Assembly (NCBI RefSeq): GCF_004010195.1
Contig: NW_025214872.1
Location: forward strand, 11,671 to 53,516
Origin: Chiloscyllium plagiosum
Taxonomy: Eukaryota
Length of the DNA: 41,846 nucleotides
Direction: 5' to 3'
In this document: positions 34,206-41,846 of the stretch, one piece after another
How the letters are laid out: each line of letters opens with the position of its first letter
How positions within the stretch are numbered: position 1 is the first letter of the stretch
Notes under the pieces: generated by a model
Told to the model about the DNA's origin: nothing
The model's input: the letters and a program-made list of their open reading frames with translations, nothing else
Database searches by the model: none
Made by a program: the position numbers and the translations under genes

Positions 34206-34280
34206 CGGCATCGCTAAGGTTTAAACCCCGGATATCTGTGTTCAACGAGATGGCCCTTTAACCAACGAAGCCACAACGTC
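34206..34280 (-). pseudogene. tRNA-Thr pseudogene
   Basis: Minus strand GACGTTGTGGCTTCGTTGGTTAAAGGGCCATCTCGTTGAACA..ATCCGGGGTTTAAACCTTAGCGATGCC versus tRNA-Thr GGCGCCGTGGCTTAGTTGGTTAAAGCGCCTGTCT..ATCCTGGGTTCGAATCCCAGCGGTGCC. Confidence 0.78.
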
Positions 34281-35179
34281 ACGTTAACGGATGAGAGAAG
34301 GATGGGCAAGTTGATGCAATATCTATTAAAATTTACAAGATTTTGTTTTAAAGCTCACCAATAGAAGGCAATTGCACAGCAAATTGAGGAGTCCAATTCA
34401 GATATCGAGCCTGGAACATAGGAACCGCAAGAGAAACTTCATCAAACCTGTTGTTACAGATAGGGAGGATGCTGTTCAATTCTTGTATCCTCATACACCG
34501 TTTCAGGTAGAAGCCATTTAGCCCATCCACACTACAACATAGGGCCCATAATAGACCAGGCAGCACTTGTATCCTGTTACACAATAGAAGAATGAGACCA
34601 TTCAGCCTTCTCAATGATGCAAGACATGAACTGGAAGAAGCCACAAAGTGAGGTGAAATTGTCATCTTAAGGCAAGGCTATTTCGCCCATTGAGTGTGTT
34701 GCACAAGAAGAGCAGAAAAACGTGAAGCCTTTTGAGTTTGTTTTTACACAAACATAACGAGGTAATCCAATCGCATTTCTGTTGACTTGGAACAGGAGCA
34801 AAACAGTCACTTTCTCAAACTCATTTCAGCGATGTAAGAGGAGACTGTTCAGGATCTCGAGCCTGTTGTGGAAGGATTTGAGAAGTCACTTGAGCCCCTT
34901 GAAATGTTGCACCATCGCAGGAAGATTCTGTAAGTCCCCAAACGTCTCCATCGCATTATGAGGAAAACATTCAGATCTTGAGCGGCTTGGTCAGGAACAG
35001 GAACAGGACATTCAGAGCATCGAGACTATAAAGTCGGAAAACCCGGAATACATTCAGCCAATGAAGTAAACCAGGTCACAAATGAATCCACTCAGCCAGT
35101 CATGCCAATACACTCTGATCGGAGCAGATCTTTGAACGTTTTGTGTCTGTTACACAAGAAATGAATTGGGAACGCAGAG

Positions 35180-35560
35180 GTTATAGAAAGGGAAGAACTG
35201 AGAATAACCAGTTCTATGAGAGAATATAAAGCAGTGTGCAAACTATCGGAACTGAAGCTGTTGTTGAAACCTGTTGTTAAGAGATTAATAAAATGGGATT
35301 GTCAAAGTTCAAGTAAAATCCATCACAGTCAACATTATTTTAAGAAGGACAAATCTCGTTTGAATTGTTTGCCGGAGTGTCTGCATAAATGTGTCAATCA
35401 AAGTGGATAAAGTGCATCCTATCGATATATATCAACTGGATATCCAGATGGCATTGGCTTAAGATACCCCACAAAAATGACCATGCAATACAAGCGCCCA
35501 CCGGCTTTGTAAAAAATTACTATTTCCTTGGAGAGATGATTGGCTAACCAATGAATGCCA
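35180..35560 (+). mobile_element. Decayed CR1 RT fragment
   Basis: agtcaacatt (SQH), ggacaaatctcgtttga, gatatatatcaactggatatccag (D.IY.DF-like), gattggcta. Confidence 0.6.
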
Positions 35561-35599
35561 TGCTATGGATGTACCCGTGTTGGATTGGCTTGGATAATG

Positions 35600-36130
35600 C
35601 CAAAAAAATCACATGAAACTAGGTTATAGTCCAAAGGGAGGTTTTTTGAAAACACTGGCTTTTTGAGCGCTGCTCATTCCTCAGGTGTTCATGAAAAAGA
35701 AGACCACATAAAGAGAATTTATGAGGAAAAGATCAAAGGGTCATACAACTTATGCACATGGATTCAATACATTTAAGATGGCTCTTACATCTTTACTCAG
35801 TGAAAATGGAAGTGTTGGTCTTGATACATCAATATGCAAATCTCAACTTTATGCCAAATCACTGCCGGGAGATAACTTAATGTATTATCGATGTAAAGGA
35901 GGGGACCCGTCTGGTTATACAATATATTTTAGGCGTGAGGACTGTTTTTGAGTCTGTCTGTGTCTTCACCTAGTGTCAGACTCGTTTTGTTTCCGAAGTA
36001 GGAGTGTATAAAATGTCACATTATCTGATGTCTATATATTTTATGGTTTTGAACAAAATATAATCTATCTGCAAATACAAATTTTCAAATGCACTTTCAC
36101 AACAAATATTAAAATATGTGTGCTTGTGTA
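35600..36130 (-). mobile_element. Decayed Penelope-type 3' terminal region of another family
   Basis: aaaaatcacatgaaactaggttatagtccaa..ggctttttgagcgctgctcattcctcaggtg; reverse complement gives CTGAGGA-a-TGAGC-agc-GCTCA-AAAA, a hammerhead relic. Confidence 0.6.
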
Positions 36131-36720
36131 CGCAAGAGAGCATAAATGTGAGTGTGTGTAAAGGGGAGAGTGAGAGTGTGTATCCATTTAAGACAGATAC
36201 CATGACCAGGAAGAGATACAGATGGACAGAGAGACTCACAAATAGATAGAAACAGATAATTCATTAACTGAGTGCATGTTGTGGAAATATAGCGGAAGGA
36301 AAAGGTAGAGGTTTTACGCTTTGAGGGGTTTAATTCAAAAGCATGAGAATATTTATAAAAGAGGCATTGCCAGGTCAACTGATATGGCATGTTACATCAC
36401 ATTCTAAAACTTCCTCTCAGAACCAGCCCAGGCAGTCGAAACCGAGACAAGGTAACAGACAAGCACAGAGAGCTGTGCAGACAGTGCTAGTGCATTTATC
36501 AACAAACCAAGCTATGAACCCTACATTGGGAGTATTGCAAAGCCTTGTCAGTATATTGCTGTGAAACGTGGACGAGATATCTGCAAACACGGGAGGATTT
36601 GCAACCCCTACTGCGAGTGACAGTAATTGGGGTTCCCGCAAATTTACGTCTGTATCTGTACATACTAGCTCAAGGCACGTTGTTTCATGTGTGCATGCAT
36701 GTCTGTATCTGAGGCGGTGG

Positions 36721-36925
36721 TTAGATTAGATTAGATTACTTACAGTGTGGAAACAGGCCCTTCGGCCCAACAAGTCCACACGGACCCGCCGAAACGCAAC
36801 CCACTCATACCCCTACATTTATCCCTTACGTAACACTACGGACAATTTAGCATGGCCAATTCACCTGACCTGCACATCTTTGGACTGTGGGAGGAAACCG
36901 GAGCACCCGGAGGAAACCCACGCAG
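36721..36925 (-). mobile_element. Young HE1-type SINE (5' half in gap)
   Basis: (ttaga)n tail then acttacagtgtggaaacaggcccttcggcccaacaagtccacac; close match to 30762-30960. Confidence 0.93.
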
Positions 36926-37569
36926 NNNNNNNNNNNNNNNNNNNNNNNNNNNNNNNNNNNNNNNNNNNNNNNNNNNNNNNNNNNNNNNNNNNNNNNNNNN
37001 NNNNNNNNNNNNNNNNNNNNNNNNNNNNNNNNNNNNNNNNNNNNNNNNNNNNNNNNNNNNNNNNNNNNNNNNNNNNNNNNNNNNNNNNNNNNNNNNNNNN
37101 NNNNNNNNNNNNNNNNNNNNNNNNNNNNNNNNNNNNNNNNNNNNNNNNNNNNNNNNNNNNNNNNNNNNNNNNNNNNNNNNNNNNNNNNNNNNNNNNNNNN
37201 NNNNNNNNNNNNNNNNNNNNNNNNNNNNNNNNNNNNNNNNNNNNNNNNNNNNNNNNNNNNNNNNNNNNNNNNNNNNNNNNNNNNNNNNNNNNNNNNNNNN
37301 NNNNNNNNNNNNNNNNNNNNNNNNNNNNNNNNNNNNNNNNNNNNNNNNNNNNNNNNNNNNNNNNNNNNNNNNNNNNNNNNNNNNNNNNNNNNNNNNNNNN
37401 NNNNNNNNNNNNNNNNNNNNNNNNNNNNNNNNNNNNNNNNNNNNNNNNNNNNNNNNNNNNNNNNNNNNNNNNNNNNNNNNNNNNNNNNNNNNNNNNNNNN
37501 NNNNNNNNNNNNNNNNNNNNNNNNNNNNNNNNNNNNNNNNNNNNNNNNNNNNNNNNNNNNNNNNNNNNN

Positions 37570-37674
37570 CAATGGCAAATAATCGTAATATGTAGATAGA
37601 GCCCAAATATTCCAGGATAAATCCCTGTCCACTGTTGGAACATTCCGGTATAATGTACTCAGATTCTGATCCAT
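37570..37674 (-). CDS. Probable exon 1 (extracellular N-terminus) of a GPR139-like GPCR, truncated by gap
   Basis: ataATGG start; MDQNLSTLYRNVPTVDRDLSWNIWALSTYYDYLPL with an NLS sequon. Same strand as and upstream of the orphan phase-1 exon 2; resembles N-termini of shark GPR139-like paralogs as I recall them. TM1 and the donor site are not visible. Confidence 0.6.
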
Positions 37675-37774
37675 TATGGAACACTCCAGTACAATGCAGT
37701 CAGATTCTGATCTGTTCTCCCCCTCTCTCTGGAGCTGCTGATTCCTGCTAATGCTTCAGTGGCTGCCACTCATG

Positions 37775-37786
37775 TTTTGATATAAC
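37775..37786 (-). promoter_or_regulatory. TATA-like element ~100 bp upstream of the putative GPCR start
   Basis: Minus strand ctgtgTTATATCAAAA; position only. Confidence 0.3.
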
Positions 37787-38399
37787 ACAGTGAATGGAGC
37801 GCATTTTTCATTAAAATGATTCAAACCGTCCACTGGGATAATTAGAATCCAATGGACAATCTCATTAATCACAGTCACTGTACAAACAGTTTCAGTTAAC
37901 CCCTTCTTTTCATCACTTTTCATGTCCTAATAAAAGGGAACATTTACCCAGGGGGTATGGTTGGAATGGAATAGGGTTTTTGAAGGATGGACCATAAATC
38001 TTTCAATGTTTTTAATTCTTCTTCATTGTATGTGGGAATAGTGCCATGCCACTGCAGCGTTGTACACATTCCACCCTGTTTATAAGAAACCAGCCGCAGA
38101 AGGTGACAGATGGGGAAATTAATAGAGATCATAAATCAGGGTAACAATATTTATGGCTTATTGACTTCATGTAATGCTGCACCTATCGTGAAATGAAGTG
38201 TTTTCAAATCGTGTCGTAACATTTGGAAATCATTTAGAGCATTGGGTGGGCTTGTCCGGAACAGTGGGTCGCAATCTGTCACCATATTTCTGTAAGAAAG
38301 TGACAGGAGGAGACCATTCAGCCTTTCGTGCCTGTTACAAGAAGTCTTGAGCTTGTTATGCCGTAACTGTTAGTTCTAAAACACATGTGGAGAAGGATT

Positions 38400-39365
38400 G
38401 TCCTGACATAAATATTAAAGTTCTGAATTTGGTAAGGCCAATAATGAAGGTTTTAACTAAGCACTTTGAAAAACTACTTAGGAGAGATTATTCGCATAAT
38501 AGTGGGATACCTTCAGAAACGAGATTACAGAGTCTAACAGCAGTATATTCCTGTTCATAAGTAGAGCAATGCTGGCAGTTGTAACGTATTTCGGATGGGT
38601 AGAAGGTGAGGGATTCTACCAATTCAGTCAGGGCAAGAGATCAGTTTGGGAGAGAACTGCAAGGCCACCTCTCTGTGAAACCACAGATGTTTGGTGGGAT
38701 ATTATATGAATACTTCATATCAATATTTGTTGTGGAGAAGTTTATGGAATCTAGAGAAATTGTGGAAATACATAGCGTTATCTTGGGAAGTGTCTGTACT
38801 AGAGAAGAGGAAGAATTGAAGTATTAAAATGCACAAAGGCGGATATAGCCCGAGGACCTGATCAGTTATAACCCTAAACTCCTTGGAATGCTAAGGAAGT
38901 GATTGTTTGGGCATCTTAATGAGATATCTGCATCATCGATATCCAAAGATGCGGTGCCAGAAGATTGGAGGTTGGATAATGTCGTACCATTATTTCGGAA
39001 AGGTGATGAGGAAACGCCAGGGAATAACACACCGGTGAGTCGGATGTCAGTGTGGGCAAGCTCTTGGAGGATATTCTGAGGGACTGGAAATACTTGTATT
39101 TGGAAAACAAAGGACTGAGTAGAGGTAGTCAACAGGGCTTTGTGCGTGGGAAATCGTGTGTCACTAAACTTATTGATTTTTTTAAAGAAAGGATGAAGAA
39201 GAATGATGAAGGCACAGCACGGATGTTGGCGACATGGAGCTCAGTAAGGTGTTCGACAATTTTTCATATGATAGTCTGTTAGCAAAGTTAGATTCTCTGG
39301 AATCCGTGGAGAGCTGGATATCATTAGCTCGAAGGTAAGAAACGAAGGTGGTAGTGGCAGGTTGT
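38400..39365 (+). mobile_element. Old CR1 ORF2 fragment
   Basis: LYEYFISIF, gattggaggttggataatgtcgtaccattattt (DWR..NVVPLF), SQQGFVRGKSCVTKLIDFF. Confidence 0.82.
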
Positions 39366-39689
39366 TGACAATGAAGGTCAACACATCATTTATCATCCTC
39401 ATTGCTTTCTTCACCTGAAATATTGCTTTCACTGACTTGTGATAAGGATATCCAGATCTCTTTTCAATGTCACAGCTACCCACCACGTGGGTCTATGTAC
39501 ATTGCTCGGCGTGAAAAACTCATTGATGTCCAGCTTGAGAGCACACTGTACTGCATTGACATCAGAGGTCTGCGCTGAAGAAAAGAATAAAAAGCGGATA
39601 AATCACTTTATAGATCAATATTTTTCAAACAATCCTTTTTCAAATATCGGCTGCTGTTTTCTATCTATCATCAAAGTGCGCAAAGTCCA

Positions 39690-40230
39690 AATCGCCCTTT
39701 GTCTGCCATGTATTTCCTGATTCACTCTACTTGTCTCAATCAAATTAGAGATTTACTAATCTCCTCCTCATCTACTCATAACTAGACATTGTTTCGTGAC
39801 ATCAGCAGGCTTGGAAACATTAAATTTGAATCCTTTAACCAAATGTTTGATATGTATCGAGATAACTGGGGCCGAAGAACAGATTCTTGCGATATTACTT
39901 AAGCCTTCGGATGCAAAAACATGTTGCTTTCTGTCAGCTCGCCCATTCTTAAAACATGGTAATAACCTGGCCCCAATTCCATAAGGTTTGATTTTCTCCA
40001 CTAAGCTTGGGTTTCTTGATTCTTTTTTCCGATAACGCAATGCGTTGATTCGATCATTTCTCCATAATTTACCTACTAGTCAATTTCTCTACATACATCT
40101 ATCGAGGCTTTCATTCCCAATAGTTTCTCTGAAACCAATTATTTCCTAATTAATTCAATTTTTCTCTCACCATACTTAGAATTTCGAGCACTACTGATTT
40201 TTTTTTTTTGCTGTCTTTCTGCCCAGGAAG
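39690..40230 (-). mobile_element. Decayed CR1 RT fragment
   Basis: Minus-strand translation LVEKIKPYGI..RKQHV..NVSKPADVTK (FADDTK-like). Confidence 0.65.
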
Positions 40231-40249
40231 TCGTAGTCAGGAGACATGG

Positions 40250-40750
40250 ATTTGTTTAAGAAGGATCATGCGAAATTAATCTTTCTGCTTCGGTTCGAGA
40301 CAGTAACTTGCAACTTGATGTGATGTACTTGGGTTTGATAAGAGAACACACAGCATATCGTTTAAAAACAGAATCTACTGGGCCGAGGTGAATGAAGCAA
40401 ACAACCAAGAGAAGTGCAAGACAAAGCATTGGTGGGGGAGCAACGATAGAGAGGAATACACAGCAACTGAGAGAATTGACAGTGTGTGCTGATCCCAGAA
40501 GATAAAAGAACACTTCAATAATATCTTTAAGTGACAGAATGGCTTCATTTTCTCGATCATCCAAAGTGCAGAACATAAGATCAGGAAGATTATGCTGGAA
40601 CTGTGTACATAATAAGTTCATTCGCAGCTTGCGGATTGTGTGCAGTTCTGGGCACCCTGTCACAATGAAGGATGGAACTGAACTAGAGAGAAAACAGAGG
40701 AAATTCGTTATTCTGTGAAAGTGAAAGTGCAATTATGAGGAAAGGAGATT
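40250..40750 (+). mobile_element. Decayed CR1 ORF2 C-terminal fragment
   Basis: ttatgctggaactgt, attgtgtgcagttctgggcaccc (CVQFWAP), gagagaaaacagagg. Confidence 0.65.
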
Positions 40751-40814
40751 TGATCAACAATACTGATCAACATGGTGTCCTCAGCAATGTTCTCTACAGC
40801 CACAGCATGACGTC

Positions 40815-41846
40815 TCAACTCCGACTGTCAACGTTTTCATTGTGACATCTAGGAAGAGGAAAGTGGGTACTTCAAATGCTGGAGATTAGATTCAAGAGTA
40901 GAGTGGTGCTGGAAACGCACAGCAGGTCAGGCAGCATCCGAAAAGCAGGAAAATCGATGTTTCCGACTAAAGCACTTCGTCTGGGAAGGGGAGTCTGTTT
41001 TTGTTCTCTTCCTCTTGGTTGAATATTATACCAGTAAATATGTTGTTTATGAGATTGCAGGTTTCTTCGAATTTGTTCCATTTCGGGATGCAAAAACGTG
41101 TCATTCAAATACCGGACGCAAAGAATGGTTTGGAACATGTGAACGGCTGTTTGTAAGAGTTTCCGGATAACTGCTTCTGCTAAGAATCCTGGTATTGGTA
41201 ATCCCATGCGTGTCCCGTTGATTTGTTTGTATGGCTTGTCGTTGAAAGTAAAATGGGCAGTGAGGCACAGGACTCCTACCTTGAAGATGCTGTCCTTGCT
41301 GATGGAGTTGATGCTGTTCGTTACGTGTGTCCTTGGTTCCGTCTCTTAGTGTGCAGTTTGTGTTTCTTTGGCCAGGCTGATATTAATTTATTTTGTTACG
41401 TCGAAGGAAAACATAACTTTGCCTTCCCCTAGCTTGGTGCATGGGTAATGTTCAAGAATTGTTGGGTGGAGTGGATGGAATAGCGTCAGGCTGCTAATAC
41501 CTGTTTTGAGTTTTTGGTGAAGTATCTTTGCTCGTCTGCATTTTGGTGCGCCATTGAGTGGCAATTTGGGTCTGAAGGCCCGCCCTTCCCCACCCCCCGA
41601 CCCGGTTTGTGTACCTTCAGTAATTCGTCAAAAAGGGATGTGATGTATCCAAATGGTTTCATTCCTTGAGCCGTTAGTCTTTTCCATTTCGCCAGCTTTT
41701 GGAGATTCTGCAGTGCGCTGTGATCTGGTTTTCTTGCTGTGGTATCAGGTCCTTTCCCACATGTAGAAAAGTGTCATTGTCTGCGAGTATTGAGTTTGCC
41801 TTTTCAATGTACTGTGTTCTGTTTGGGATGACGGCCACGTGCCCTT
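40815..41846 (-). mobile_element. Decayed Penelope-like (Poseidon-type) RT, with a terminal-repeat mini-insertion at ~40860-40985
   Basis: QINGTRMGLPIPGFLAEAV..VRYLNDTF (YVDD-like), FLDV, LLKVHKPG; insert gctggagattaga..gcaggtcaggcagcatccgaaaagcaggaaaatcgatgtttc. Confidence 0.8.

Noticed and set aside
23165..37684. Long ORFs spanning N runs (23365-24287, 31050-31672, 36926-37569)
   Set aside because: Their length comes from X residues; several gaps abut young repeats, as expected in a short-read assembly.

Overview
Repeat-dense vertebrate genomic DNA, almost certainly from a shark or other elasmobranch (HE1-type V-SINEs, HER1/CR1 LINEs, shark-type GPR139-like receptor), with five N-gaps. The one host gene I can support is a minus-strand class A GPCR of the GPR139/GPR142-like type. 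Its probable exon 1 starts at 37674 and runs into a gap, and its large exon 2 starts at 8826. Exon 2 is split by a near-full-length antisense CR1 LINE (4926-8711); removing 4926-8714 restores the frame exactly. The ~28 kb between the exons holds nested CR1 and other LINE relics, a Gmr1-like Gypsy LTR relic, Neptune- and Poseidon-like Penelope elements whose ends carry hammerhead ribozyme motifs, HE1 SINEs, two minisatellites and a decayed co-oriented tRNA cluster (Val, Leu, Thr, possibly Glu). I see no convincing new biological system. The most unusual signals are the LINE-interrupted GPCR, the tRNA pseudogene cluster, hammerhead-bearing Penelope mini-insertions with target duplications, and a twin-priming-like inverted Penelope. 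Family names come from recognising motifs by eye, with no database search, and boundaries of old repeats are approximate.
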